The translations under genes were made by a program, and so were the position numbers. A stretch of DNA of 64,000 bases from an uncultured Chloroflexia bacterium. GTDB taxonomy: Bacteria; Chloroflexota; Chloroflexia; QHBQ01; JADMIH01. The first letter of the stretch is position 1, and every line of letters begins with the position of its first letter. Below are positions 53,625-63,754 of this stretch, piece by piece. The notes below the pieces were generated by a model that saw only the letters and a list, made by a program, of their open reading frames with translations, did not search any database and was not told where the DNA came from. Location of the stretch: the NCBI GenBank assembly GCA_963797095.1, contig CAWCNY010000003.1:1083722-1147721 (forward strand). The letters run 5' to 3'.

Positions 53625-54458
53625 TTATTCTCCTGCCTTGTAAAGGTAGTTGGGACGCATATAGGCGAGTTGGAAGCCGGTACGCACCATATTGTGATAG
53701 GAGGGGTTGGGCCGCTCGGGGGTATCCTCGCCGGTCTCGGTGATGATCCAACGGCAGCCAACGGCGGCTGCATCCCCGATGCGGCGGGCGAACATAGCAC
53801 CCTGAGCGCCTCGGCGACGGTAGGCGGGCAAGGTGGAGCCAATTCCGCACCCACCAACATCGTTATGGATGAAAAGGGCCGAGGTGGATACGGGCCTACC
53901 GCCATCGTAGCCGAGGTAATGTCGCCAGTTGGGAGTTCCAACGGTAGGTTTGAGGATTTCCAGAAGAGGGTGGGCGAAGAGCGGCATCTCGAACCCGGCA
54001 AGCGCGGTCTCGGCGAAGGCATCGGCGTCCTTAGGGCCAATCTGCCTGATCTCGATGTCTGTGGTGATAGAGGGTGGGTCTTGCACAGCTCTATACATCT
54101 TTGGCCAGCGATCACGCGCCTGGAAACCGCGTGCTTCTAACCATTGGGGTAGCTCGGCGGGCTGAGCGAAGGGCGAAAGCTGGATCACGAAGCTTACTCC
54201 GGCGGGCCGGTAGAAGTCGATGATCTCGTCAACCATCTCGGTGGTCGCAGGCTCGGTAAGGCCCAGGCCAATCACTGCATTGAATAAAGTGAAGTCGATT
54301 GCGGCAAACTGTCGGGCGGTGGCAGAACCGATCTGTCTTACACGGATGCCGTAACGCTCGGCGGCTTCGGGGGAGGCAAACTCGTACATGGAGGCGTAGG
54401 CTTGTGCCTCGCCGAATTCGATCATATGGGCGATATCATAAGGTGACGGCTGTGTCAT
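53625..54458 (-). CDS. GNAT-family acetyltransferase
   Basis: TLPAYRRRGAQ acetyl-CoA motif; NPSYHNMVRTGF. Confidence 0.85.
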   Translation of the reverse strand: MTQPSPYDIAHMIEFGEAQAYASMYEFASPEAAERYGIRVRQIGSATARQFAAIDFTLFNAVIGLGLTEPATTEMVDEIIDFYRPAGVSFVIQLSPFAQPAELPQWLEARGFQARDRWPKMYRAVQDPPSITTDIEIRQIGPKDADAFAETALAGFEMPLFAHPLLEILKPTVGTPNWRHYLGYDGGRPVSTSALFIHNDVGGCGIGSTLPAYRRRGAQGAMFARRIGDAAAVGCRWIITETGEDTPERPNPSYHNMVRTGFQLAYMRPNYLYKAGE

Positions 54459-54498
54459 AGATAGTTTCCGCCTGACTCATGCTGCAAACTGGCCCAGG

Positions 54499-55365
54499 CT
54501 ACATCGCTCGCTGAACGGCGCGCCCCAATGCCCGCCGCACCAGCACTTTTGCGAGGTGCCGCCGGTAGTCTGAGGTGGCGTGTATGTCGCTCTGGGGGTC
54601 TATATCAGCGTCTACAGCTTCCGCAGCGGCGCGGATCACTTCACTGTTCGGCACTTCTCCCTTTAGCGCATCGGCAGCCGCTTCGGAGACTACGGGCATA
54701 TCACCTACCGAGAAGAGCACCACTTTCGCATGGTCTACAACACCGCTATCGGCCAGTGTTACGACAACACAGACCCCGGCCAGGGCGTAGTCGCCGTGGC
54801 GGCGGGCGAACTCCTCGAACGCCGTGCCTGTTCTGGCGGGGAGTAGTGGAATCTCTGCTCTCACGAGCAATTCATCGGGATCAAGGGCTGTGGTGAAGAG
54901 GCCGAGGAAGAAGTCGGAGGCTGGGATCGAGCGCGCGCCGGAGGCGCTCTGCGTGTGCATTGTCGCATCAAGGGCGACAGCCACCGCAGGCAACTCGGAG
55001 GCAGGGTCAGCGTGGGCTAACGATCCGCCGAACGTGCCCCTGTTGCGTATCTGAGGGTGCGCGATATGGGGCATCGCCTCAGTCACCAGAGGGGAACGTG
55101 ACGCCACTAATGTGCTTCTCTCGACGGAGCGCTGTCGCGTCATCGCGCCTATACCCAGGCTATTAGCCAACTCCTCTATGCCGGCCAGGTCTGCGATCCT
55201 GTTCAGGTCCACCAGGATGGATGGCTGTGCCAGCCGGAAGTTCATGCTGGGCACGAGGCTCTGCCCGCCTGCCAGGGGCTTGGCTTCGCCTCCATGTTCG
55301 GCGAGCAGATTGAGGGCTTCGGACAAGCTAGCGGGGGCGTAGTAGTCAAAAGGAGCAGGTTTCAT
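54499..55365 (-). CDS. FAD-binding medium subunit of the xanthine/CO dehydrogenase family (CoxM/CutM-like)
   Basis: MKPAPFDY, LAGGQSLVP, QIRNRGTFGGSLAHADPASE, RRHGDYAL, DIHA..DYRRHL. Confidence 0.92.
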   Translation of the reverse strand: MKPAPFDYYAPASLSEALNLLAEHGGEAKPLAGGQSLVPSMNFRLAQPSILVDLNRIADLAGIEELANSLGIGAMTRQRSVERSTLVASRSPLVTEAMPHIAHPQIRNRGTFGGSLAHADPASELPAVAVALDATMHTQSASGARSIPASDFFLGLFTTALDPDELLVRAEIPLLPARTGTAFEEFARRHGDYALAGVCVVVTLADSGVVDHAKVVLFSVGDMPVVSEAAADALKGEVPNSEVIRAAAEAVDADIDPQSDIHATSDYRRHLAKVLVRRALGRAVQRAM

Positions 55366-55434
55366 AGTCGGTAGCCGGTAGCCGGTAGCCGGTGGTCGGA
55401 AATAGCATCCGACCACCGACTACTATTCACTCAC

Positions 55435-56259
55435 TCACTTCTCCTCGACAAATGCCACGATGCGCGCGAACGCGGCCTCGCCCCCTTTGAAGCGGAAGGG
55501 GAAGCAGCCCAACCACACCTTCTGGTCGAGCACTTCGTCTACCTGGCCGCCCACGTTTTCGGCGTGGAAGACGCCTCTTGGGAATAGAAGGGTGTGGGTG
55601 CACTGGTAGTCGTCCATCCAGGGGAAGGCTTCGTCCATGCTCATGCCGATCTTGGCTTCCACTTCGGGGATCATGTCGGGGCGAGCCTGGCGCACCTTGG
55701 TGTTGAAGGGGTGGTCGGTGGAGATGGCATCGATTGCCATCCAGCGGATGCCTCGGTCGAGCACCCAATCGCAGAACTCGCGGCGGGGGCCGGGATGCTT
55801 GAGGAAAGAGCGAGGCAGGTCGGGCTTCTCCTGGTTCTTCACCTTGTACCAGTCCTCGTTGTAGTAGTGATGGTAGCCGGTATGGATCACCAGGATGTCG
55901 CCGCGCTCGATCTTGATGCCGGTGTCCTTCTCCCACTGCTCGAAGTGCTTGGAACCGTAGATATCGAAGTCACCGATGCCATAGCGGCTGAGGTCCACTA
56001 TGCAGGCTGGACCGAAAAGGGTGTCTATTGGAATGCCTGAGATGTCCGGCCCCGGATCGTAGAAATGGTAGGGCGAGTCGAGGTGGGTGGCGATATGGTT
56101 GGTGCTGGAGATAAGCTGTGCGTTGACGCCCTCGAAGGCGATCTTCTTGACCCATTTGATGGTCGGACCTTCGTAGAAGGCGAAGGGAGGCGAGTCGACC
56201 GAGAAATTCTGCGAGAGGTCAAGCACTTTGACCTTGCTCAAATCGTAAGGTACATACAT
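55435..56259 (-). CDS. Cyclase family protein (kynurenine formamidase-like metal hydrolase)
   Basis: HIATHLDSPYH, GDILVIHTG, AIDAISTD, HAEN; start at MYVPYDLS. Confidence 0.85.
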   Translation of the reverse strand: MYVPYDLSKVKVLDLSQNFSVDSPPFAFYEGPTIKWVKKIAFEGVNAQLISSTNHIATHLDSPYHFYDPGPDISGIPIDTLFGPACIVDLSRYGIGDFDIYGSKHFEQWEKDTGIKIERGDILVIHTGYHHYYNEDWYKVKNQEKPDLPRSFLKHPGPRREFCDWVLDRGIRWMAIDAISTDHPFNTKVRQARPDMIPEVEAKIGMSMDEAFPWMDDYQCTHTLLFPRGVFHAENVGGQVDEVLDQKVWLGCFPFRFKGGEAAFARIVAFVEEK

Positions 56260-56406
56260 AACGGCAATAACCCCCTCTACTGTTAGGAATAGTGGGGGTA
56301 TTATACACGAAACGGGTTTTGGCACTGTATAGGCAGGCTTCGATTGTGCTTCTACACAAGAGACGAAGGACGAAGGACGAGCGTAAATGGCCCGTCCTTC
56401 GTCTAT

Positions 56407-56586
56407 TTATGACTTCTTGCTGCTGTGTTGCTCTTTGGTTTCGCCTGCTTCGTGACGCTGCTTGTTCACGGTGCGGGCAGCGCGCTCTTCGGCCTCGTTT
56501 TCGGAGACACCGCGATCCTCATACGAATCCTTGATGTGCTCGTACTGCCGTTCGCGTTTGCTACCTTCTTTGACACCTCTAGGCAT
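56407..56586 (-). CDS. 59-aa charged protein (KRERQYEHIK family)
   Basis: AGGAGG RBS; MPRGVKEGSKRERQYEHIKDSYEDRGVSENEAEERAARTVNKQR...; below the ORF-track cutoff. Confidence 0.8.
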   Translation of the reverse strand: MPRGVKEGSKRERQYEHIKDSYEDRGVSENEAEERAARTVNKQRHEAGETKEQHSSKKS

Positions 56587-56708
56587 GTGTATTACCTCCT
56601 AAGGATCTCCGACGCTCATTTCCCCCTTTGGAGGCAAGCGATGGAAGGGAACGGCGGTGGTGCGATGCCACCGCTTGCCACCGTTATTAAGAGCAGAATG
56701 TGTGCCAG

Positions 56709-56785
56709 GAGTGACGAGTGGCGAGTGGCGAGTGGCGAGTGGCTAGTGGCGAGTGGCGGGTGGCGGGTGGCGGGTGGCGGGTGGC
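56709..56785. repeat. Heptamer tandem array, 11 units of GAGTGGC/GGGTGGC
   Basis: Read directly. Confidence 0.9.
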
Positions 56786-56797
56786 GGGCTTTGGGGG

Positions 56798-57649
56798 TTA
56801 GACAGGGGCCAGCCACAGGCCCATAGCCCAGTTGTCGCGTGGGGGCAGGGATAGCCGCCACAATGCCATCAAGCGGACAGCGCCCGGCTTGCCTGAGGGC
56901 GAAGGCATACGCCAGAGATCGCACTCGCGGTCCCAGCCGAGCTGCAGGGCGACTTCGCTCGTGGGGTTGGCCAGGGTGGTCGAGGTCGCGGCGGGGGAGA
57001 CGCCCGCGTAGTTGAGGGACTCCAACGGGGGACGCTGGCCGTCTACGATGTAGAACGCTTCGGGGGCAGCAGCGGGGTCTTCGGCCAGGCCGGGGGCAAA
57101 GAGGTTGTATTCGACCGCAAAGAGGACCTGGATGGGGCGTGTGCTGGAGTTGATCACTCGATAGAGCACCGACAGGTCGCTGGAGCCAGGCCTTACCCCT
57201 GCGCTTTTCATGAGCTTTACCTCGGCTGTGCGCTTGCCTGCCTTGATCGCACCGTCCCGTTGCAATGCGATCCGCACCTCGCCGCCGAGGTCTATCACCT
57301 GTTTCGCGTATGGTTCCTCGATAAAGTCGCCGAACTCACGATGGTTGCCCTCTACGAACTCCTCAAGCCTGGTGCCGAGGGGTAAGAAGTGGTCTATCAG
57401 GGCACCACGTGTATCATCCACGAGGGCGAGGGAACGGGGTGGGTTGTGGCGGGTGGCGGGATTGAGGGCCTCGGGCGGAGGGATTGTGCGCCACCGCCAG
57501 CTTTGGAGGCGACCCCCACGGGTTGGATCGAAGCGGCACTCGACCGCGCCGCTGTTGAGGATTACTTCTACCTCATCTTCGGTGAAATGCGCCTCAGGTA
57601 GCTGGGAAAGACCGCTTTCGTGCCCGTTGACTTTGCCGTTGCTGCTCAT
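56798..57649 (-). CDS. Stand-alone beta-sandwich protein resembling the C-terminal domain of GH57 amylase/4-alpha-glucanotransferase (DUF1926-like)
   Basis: P.RGG.L..W, LIDHFL, EFGDFI..PY, FAVEYN. Confidence 0.6.
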   Translation of the reverse strand: MSSNGKVNGHESGLSQLPEAHFTEDEVEVILNSGAVECRFDPTRGGRLQSWRWRTIPPPEALNPATRHNPPRSLALVDDTRGALIDHFLPLGTRLEEFVEGNHREFGDFIEEPYAKQVIDLGGEVRIALQRDGAIKAGKRTAEVKLMKSAGVRPGSSDLSVLYRVINSSTRPIQVLFAVEYNLFAPGLAEDPAAAPEAFYIVDGQRPPLESLNYAGVSPAATSTTLANPTSEVALQLGWDRECDLWRMPSPSGKPGAVRLMALWRLSLPPRDNWAMGLWLAPV

Positions 57650-57714
57650 TTAGTGTCTGCTCTCCAAATCGAATAGAGTACCCACAGTCTCATCTGCATA
57701 GGAATCAAATACTA

Positions 57715-57743
57715 TTGACTATGGTCGCGTGCGACCATACTAT
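57715..57743 (+). promoter_or_regulatory. Sigma70 promoter with a palindromic spacer
   Basis: TTGACT-N17-TACTAT; TATGGTCGC-GT-GCGACCATA spans the spacer. Confidence 0.6.
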
Positions 57744-57829
57744 TGAGAGGGGAGACCAAGTCTCTTCCCTCCTTCTGGTGAGGCTATACTCATGCAAGAG
57801 GGCCTGATCAAGCGTTTAGATCGGACGTT

Positions 57830-60169
57830 GTGATGTCGCGTACTCGCACAGGCACAGTCCTGAACAGGATCGCCAGATTCCCCCTCTGGGCCGGGATCCG
57901 GGAGATCCCAAACAACAAAGTGGACACATTGAAGTGGGTCCTTGCCATAAAGACGAACGTGGCGGCAGGGCTCACATTCGTCATGCTCGCTTCTCTCTTG
58001 CTACCCGGTGTGCCCACGATAAATGTGCTGTGCCTGATCGCCCTGGCCGTTGCGTACGTTGGCTTCAATTGTAGCTTGATGCTCGCGCTGAACCGCGATC
58101 CGTCAGACCGGGCGGTGAAGGTATTCTCAGAGCTCCTGGTCCCGGTGGAAGTGGGATTAAGCACACTCTCGATCTATTTCACGGGGGGCGTGCTCACGCC
58201 GATGTTCATTGTATACACGCTGGGCATCATGATGTCAATCATCTTGCTGACGCCGAGCGGGGTGTACAAGATCGCAGCGTTCTCCGTTCTGCAATACTGC
58301 GCACTGGCGCTGCTGGAAGCATACCGGATCATCCCACGGTGGGAGGTCGAGTGGGGGGGCCAGAAGCTGTACGCCGAGCAGAACTTCAACAACTACGCTT
58401 CATACCTCCTTATTGTGTGTTCGACGCTGCTGGCGACAGCGTACATGGGCAACCGCATCGGGAGGCTTATTGATGTGCGCAACGAGCGGATCAAGAGCCA
58501 GGTGTGGGACTTGAGCGCCGTGTACGACGTTTCGCGGATGCTGAACAACCTGATGGACGATCAGGAGATCGTCCGGCACCTGGCGAACACTCTTGCGCCT
58601 CTCAACAGCGCCACGTTTTGCATCATCTCCCTGGTAGGTAAGGATGGAGAGCCGGAAGTCGCGGCGACCGGTGGGCTTTCGCCTGCGGAGCGGATGAAAC
58701 TGAGGGCAGGAAAGTACAAACCTTTGCCGGCAGTGCGAAGTTTGCTCCAAAAGGGTGAGCCTGTTATTCTGGACGACCTTGAGCAGAACAGGGAAGTTCA
58801 GGAAGCGGTGGTGACCGAGAAGATGATACGGTCGCTGTATATGTTCCCGGTAATGGCGGAGGATAAGCCGCTGGGGGTGATCAGCCTGGGATTTGAGAGG
58901 GCAAGGTCGCTCAGCGAGGAGTACTGCGAGCTTTTGAAGACTATCGCCAGCCAGGCGGGAGTGGCGATTCAGCGCGCTCGCCTGTTCAAGGACCTCAAGA
59001 GGCTGGCGAACGAGATGACTACGCTTTATGATATCGGGCTGCACACCGGGTCTACCCTGTCGAGTGGCGAGGTGATCAACCGGGCGGCTGCCAATATGGA
59101 AAAGCTGATGTCGCCGGATATGTACTATATCGCGCTGTATGACGAGGAAACACATACGATCTCGTTCGAATTCTTCAAAGAGCACGGGCAGATGATGCCC
59201 AAGATGAAGACCATGCTTGGCCCCGACACCAACAGCCTGACGGGGAATATCATACGAACGCGGCAGCCTTTGTTGGTGCGGGACTGGCTGAACGATGGCC
59301 GCGACCTCAATTCTATAGCGCAGAAGACAGGCTCGGACATGCTCACATACCTGGGCGTGCCGATGATGTTCGATAACCGGGTAATCGGGGTGCTCTCTGT
59401 GCAAAGCTCGGAACCTAACATCTACGACGATGATAGCAGGCGGCTGCTGGAAGCGATGGCTACCCAGACGGCTATGGCTCTCGAAAACGCACACCTGCAC
59501 GAGGTGGCGCAGATCGGGGCCACAATGGACAGCCTGACAGGGGTGTATAACCACGGGCGCTTTGTTGAACTGGTGCAAGAGGCTGTAGAAGAGTCTGATA
59601 GGAAGGGAGCCCAGGTTTCGCTGATCATGCTCGATATTGACTTTTTCAAGCAGTACAACGATACATACGGGCACATGGCGGGCGATAATGTGCTGGCGAT
59701 GGTTGCGGGGGCGATCAAGGGGAGCGTCCGGGAGGACGATGCGGTCGGGAGGTGGGGCGGCGAGGAGTTCGGGGTGTTGCTGCCCAATCTCGGTACGAAC
59801 GATGCGAAGAAGATAGCGCGAAGGATCAGGCGTGAAGTGGCTAAGCTGTCGCTGGTAGACAACCGGATGCAGGCAATCGCAAACCCCACGATGAGCCAGG
59901 GTATTTCTACGTATCCGTTCCCCTCGTCCAGTAGTGACGCTTTGATCGAGGACGCGGATGCTGCGCTTTATTTTGCTAAGGATCATGGGCGCAACCAGCT
60001 TGTGATCTCGGACCTGGGGGGCCACCAGGATGTTAGTAACGAGCAGACGGTGACCAACCTGGCCGCTTATTCGAGGGTGGATACTACTACCGACCAGCTT
60101 GGCAGTAAGCTGGGCCTGCGGGACGCTACGAACACTACGGATAATTTGGGTAGGCATAGTACTCATTAG
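57830..60169 (+). CDS. Membrane-bound diguanylate cyclase (TM, 2xGAF, GGDEF)
   Basis: DSLTGVYN, DIDFFKQYNDTYGH, RxxD I-site REDD, RWGGEEF. Confidence 0.93.
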   Translation: MMSRTRTGTVLNRIARFPLWAGIREIPNNKVDTLKWVLAIKTNVAAGLTFVMLASLLLPGVPTINVLCLIALAVAYVGFNCSLMLALNRDPSDRAVKVFSELLVPVEVGLSTLSIYFTGGVLTPMFIVYTLGIMMSIILLTPSGVYKIAAFSVLQYCALALLEAYRIIPRWEVEWGGQKLYAEQNFNNYASYLLIVCSTLLATAYMGNRIGRLIDVRNERIKSQVWDLSAVYDVSRMLNNLMDDQEIVRHLANTLAPLNSATFCIISLVGKDGEPEVAATGGLSPAERMKLRAGKYKPLPAVRSLLQKGEPVILDDLEQNREVQEAVVTEKMIRSLYMFPVMAEDKPLGVISLGFERARSLSEEYCELLKTIASQAGVAIQRARLFKDLKRLANEMTTLYDIGLHTGSTLSSGEVINRAAANMEKLMSPDMYYIALYDEETHTISFEFFKEHGQMMPKMKTMLGPDTNSLTGNIIRTRQPLLVRDWLNDGRDLNSIAQKTGSDMLTYLGVPMMFDNRVIGVLSVQSSEPNIYDDDSRRLLEAMATQTAMALENAHLHEVAQIGATMDSLTGVYNHGRFVELVQEAVEESDRKGAQVSLIMLDIDFFKQYNDTYGHMAGDNVLAMVAGAIKGSVREDDAVGRWGGEEFGVLLPNLGTNDAKKIARRIRREVAKLSLVDNRMQAIANPTMSQGISTYPFPSSSSDALIEDADAALYFAKDHGRNQLVISDLGGHQDVSNEQTVTNLAAYSRVDTTTDQLGSKLGLRDATNTTDNLGRHSTH

Positions 60170-60288
60170 GTTCGGTTTTTGGTAGCTAGTACTGCTTATT
60201 GCTTATTCGGGGTTTTGTACACGAAGGGGGGAAGGAGTACGAAGGGCACGAAGGTTTTTAGAGGTTTTGAGTTTGAAGTTTTAGGTAT

Positions 60289-60342
60289 GGGGAAGGGGGT
60301 GCATGGGGTCTGGTTGGGTCCTCATGCACCCTTTCCTTTTTA
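60289..60342 (+). terminator. Probable intrinsic terminator after the diguanylate cyclase
   Basis: GAAGGGGGTGCATG...CATGCACCCTTTC followed by a T tract. Confidence 0.55.
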
Positions 60343-60803
60343 TGATGGGTTAGCTTATGGGATGGTGTCCCTGTGGGCGCAACTGGGTTCGTGTGGCGCA
60401 GGGTTCCTCTTGCCGATAGAGGGTGTGACACGAATGCACACTGGATTACCGCTCCGTGCTGGTCCCCTTAGGGTCCGCTGTTGGGAGACCGGAGCGGGGG
60501 TGGTGTTGAGAGAGCCACCGGCTTTTGGCTGACCATTCTTTGGTATGTTCCTCTGGTAAGGTGCTAAAGGCTAAACGCAAAGCTGCATAGGGACACCAGT
60601 CTTGTCTCTATGTCCTCCATGTTGCGCGGCAGGGAGGGTGAAAGTACTTCTTGTATTGGACTTAGCACATTTGTTTGGATTTGGATAGGGCCAAGCGGGT
60701 GGTTTTTTGGGCGATTTTGGGGTTAGTTGAGTGAGTTTGAGGATCTTGCTCGTTGTGGGCACTCTCTGGCGTGGTGAGCTTGCGAAGGTGATCTTGGGGA
60801 GCG

Positions 60804-60830
60804 AGATCCTTCACTTCGTTCAGGATGACA
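60804..60830. repeat. REP-like palindromic unit
   Basis: AGATCCTTCACTTCGTTCAGGATGACA resembles a widespread intergenic palindrome. Confidence 0.5.
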
Positions 60831-61070
60831 AAGGGGGGCGGGGGCGACAAGGGCGATGGGGGGATAACGAGAAGAGATGGGGATGATAATGGCGACGGGG
60901 AATAGTAATGGTGATGGTGGTTGGCAACTTGTTTTGTTGGCGCTTCGTTGAAGATTGCAAAGTCTGTGATGGTTTGCCGGTTGCGATTTTGCGTCAGTCA
61001 TGCGCATGCCTCCTTTTCGGTGGGAGGATGGATAGCGGGACGTGCTATAATGGGCCGTTCTTTTTATGCT

Positions 61071-62249
61071 ATGAGATTGATTGTTACAGGGGGAGGCACA
61101 GGCGGCCACGTCAGCCCGGCGGTGGCTGTTATTGCGCGTCTGCGCGAGCGAAGCGAGGACGAAGGGTGGCCGCTGGAGCTTTTGTCTATGGGGAGCGTAG
61201 GGGGGGTGGAGCGGCGCACAATGGAGGGCCTGGGGGTGCGGTACAGGGCTATCCAGACGGGGAAGTTGCGGCGGTATTTGTCGTGGCAAACGCCGGTGGA
61301 TCTGCTTGTGAGGCTGCCGTGGGGGGCGATGCAGGCGCTGGGAGTGGTGAGGGAGTTCAAGCCGGACGCTATTTTCAGCACGGGGGGGTATGTGTGCGTG
61401 CCGACCGTGATCGCGGGGTGGGTGTTGGGGGTGCCAGCGCTTACCCACGAGCAGACCGCGCTGGTGGGGCTGGCGAACCGGATCGCGGCACGGTTTGCGC
61501 GGAAGGTAGCGGTCAGCTATCCGCGATCGCTCCGGTACTTTCCGCAGGGCAAGGCATTTGTCACGGGAAACCCTTTGAGGCCGGCACTGTTGGAGGGTGA
61601 CGCGAAGCGCGGGGCTGAGAGATTGGGGCTTGATAGTGACATACCGACGATCTATATCACCGGGGGAGCGCAGGGATCGCACGCGATCAACATGGCGGTG
61701 CAGGGGGCATTGCCCGATCTGCTGCAACTGGCACAGGTGATTCACCAATGCGGGGAGGGTCCGGACGGGTCGGGGGAGGACCTGCGAAGTCTGCAAGCAG
61801 CGAGGGAGGGGTTGAGCGCGGAGCAGAAAGGGCGGTATGCTGTGCAGGTGTTTGTGGGGGACGAGATCGCGGACGTGTACGCGCTCGCGCAGGTGGTTGT
61901 GGGGAGGGCAGGGGCGGGCACGGTGAACGAACTGGCGAACCTGGGGAAACCGTCGGTGCTGGTGCCGCTGCCAGGGGCTCTGGAGCAGAGGGCCAATGCG
62001 GAGACGTTGGAACGGGAGGGGGGCGCGGTTGTGATCGCACAGGAGAAGCTGACGCCTGAAGCGCTGGTGAGTGCTGTCGGGGGATTGTTGGGGGATGCGG
62101 GCAGGTTGGTGGAGATGAGAGAAGGGGCGTTGAAGCTGGCAACGGTGGGGGCGGCAGACCGGATTATTGACGAGCTATTGCGGCTGGCAGGGTTGAGGGG
62201 TGGAGAGGGCGAGGGCGAGGGCGAGGGCAAGGGCAAAGGCAGAGCCTGA
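61071..62249 (+). CDS. murG: MurG-like GT28 glycosyltransferase
   Basis: TGGGTGGH, TGGYV, HEQ, TGNP, GGAQG, GRAGAGT, EQRANA; extended -10 TGCTATAAT upstream. Confidence 0.82.
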   Translation: MRLIVTGGGTGGHVSPAVAVIARLRERSEDEGWPLELLSMGSVGGVERRTMEGLGVRYRAIQTGKLRRYLSWQTPVDLLVRLPWGAMQALGVVREFKPDAIFSTGGYVCVPTVIAGWVLGVPALTHEQTALVGLANRIAARFARKVAVSYPRSLRYFPQGKAFVTGNPLRPALLEGDAKRGAERLGLDSDIPTIYITGGAQGSHAINMAVQGALPDLLQLAQVIHQCGEGPDGSGEDLRSLQAAREGLSAEQKGRYAVQVFVGDEIADVYALAQVVVGRAGAGTVNELANLGKPSVLVPLPGALEQRANAETLEREGGAVVIAQEKLTPEALVSAVGGLLGDAGRLVEMREGALKLATVGAADRIIDELLRLAGLRGGEGEGEGEGKGKGRA

Positions 62250-62261
62250 TTCTGACTATTA

Positions 62262-62291
62262 TCTCCCATAGATCTTCATAATGTCTTCACA
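62262..62291 (+). promoter_or_regulatory. Three 11-bp-phased direct repeats, candidate OmpR-family binding site
   Basis: TCTCCCATA, TCTTCATA, TCTTCACA at 62262, 62273, 62284. Confidence 0.55.
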
Positions 62292-62373
62292 ATGCTCCTT
62301 TATATTTGAATCAGACCGGGAGCACAAAGAGTTCCACGGCTAGATGGATGATATAGAAGGAGAAAGTAAAGAG

Positions 62374-62967
62374 ATGGATCAGAATAGAGATTGGAAACCG
62401 ATAGCGGCGCTGGTGCTGGCCGGGCTGGCGCTGTTCGTGGCGTTGAGCGGGGCGCGGGGTTTCGGCAACGACCAGGTCAGTGCGATTCCGCAGCCGATCA
62501 TTGTGCAGCCTGTGGCACCCTCGACGGGCGGCACCAATGCGCCGCCGATGGTATTGCCTAGCTTGCCAAGCGCGCCGATAAATAACACACATGGGGGATG
62601 GAGAGGCGGATGGCCGTTCTTCCCGCTGATTCCGCTGCTGTTTGTGGGGGGATTCATATTCCTGGTGTTCAAGGTGCTAGGCCGGCGACGGTATGGTTGG
62701 GGCGGGCCGGGCTGGTATGGCAGGCCGTGGGGTGGCCCTGGACCTGGACCACAGGGGCCGCAAGGGCAGCCCTACCAGCAGTATCCACCTCAGTACGGGC
62801 AGGGGGAACCAGGGCAGGGGCAACCCTACTGGGGATACCCGCCGCAGGGACAGCCTTATGGGGGATACCAGCAGGGGCAGCAGGGGCAGCAGGGGCAGCA
62901 GGGGCAGCAGGGGCAGGACACCGATAACCACGGCGACATAACTCGGCCCCAGGGAATGGATCAGTAA
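62374..62967 (+). CDS. Two-TM membrane protein with a Gly/Pro/Gln/Tyr-rich tail including (QQG)x5
   Basis: AAGGAG upstream; two hydrophobic helices; CAGCAGGGG x5 at 62869-62913. Confidence 0.75.
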   Translation: MDQNRDWKPIAALVLAGLALFVALSGARGFGNDQVSAIPQPIIVQPVAPSTGGTNAPPMVLPSLPSAPINNTHGGWRGGWPFFPLIPLLFVGGFIFLVFKVLGRRRYGWGGPGWYGRPWGGPGPGPQGPQGQPYQQYPPQYGQGEPGQGQPYWGYPPQGQPYGGYQQGQQGQQGQQGQQGQDTDNHGDITRPQGMDQ

Positions 62968-63040
62968 GGTGGCGTAGAATATAGAGTAGGGCGGGATGCT
63001 CTACTCTATATTCTGTGTAGTTGGGAGCCTGAGGTGGTTA

Positions 63041-63754
63041 ATGGTTAAGACTGTACTGGTGGTGGATGACGAGCCCGGGATCGTGGCAATCGTGCGGGAT
63101 TATCTTGAGAAGGGCGGGTTCCGGGTGTTGACGGCGGGGGATGGGGAGACGGCGTTGCGGCTGGCGAGGCTGGATAGGCCAAACCTGATGGTGCTGGACC
63201 TGATGCTGCCGGGGATAGATGGGTTGGATATCATCAGGGCATTGCGGAACGACCCGGCGCTACACCTTATGTCGGTGATTATGCTGACGGCCAGGGTGGA
63301 GGAGACGGACAGGCTGGTGGGGTTGGAATTGGGGGCGGACGATTATGTTACCAAGCCGTTCAGCCCGCGTGAACTGGTGGCGCGGGTGCGGGCGGTGCTA
63401 AGGCGGGCGGAGGGGGAAGGGACTTATACGCCTACGATACGGGCGGGGGACCTGACCATCGACCTTGAGCGGCGGACGGTGCGCAACGGCAACGCTCAGG
63501 TGGAGCTTACGGCTACCGAGTTTGATTTGCTGGCGGTGCTGGCGAGGCACCCTGGGAGGCCCTTCACACGGGCACAGCTTGTCGAGATGGTGTATAACGA
63601 CAGCTTCGAGGGGTACGACCGCACGATAGATGCGCATATCAAGAACCTGAGGCGCAAGATCGAGGACGACGCACATAATCCGCGATATATACAGATGGTG
63701 TACGGGGTGGGGTACAGGTTCGCGGAGTTCGATAGCGGCGAGGAGAGGACGTAG
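63041..63754 (+). CDS. OmpR/PhoB-family response regulator
   Basis: VLVVDDE, LDLMLP, GADDYVTKPF, DRTIDAHIKNLRRKI; GAGGT RBS before ATG 63041. Confidence 0.95.
   Translation: MVKTVLVVDDEPGIVAIVRDYLEKGGFRVLTAGDGETALRLARLDRPNLMVLDLMLPGIDGLDIIRALRNDPALHLMSVIMLTARVEETDRLVGLELGADDYVTKPFSPRELVARVRAVLRRAEGEGTYTPTIRAGDLTIDLERRTVRNGNAQVELTATEFDLLAVLARHPGRPFTRAQLVEMVYNDSFEGYDRTIDAHIKNLRRKIEDDAHNPRYIQMVYGVGYRFAEFDSGEERT

Noticed and set aside
56425-56826. 133-aa plus-strand ORF with WRVA repeats
   Set aside because: Antisense to the 59-aa gene; the repeats come from the heptamer array
58400-60166. 588-aa minus-strand ORF
   Set aside because: Antisense to the diguanylate cyclase
60556-60620. c-di-GMP-I riboswitch near ACGCAAAGC
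   Set aside because: No GGCAAAC/GNRA P2 stem and no convincing P3
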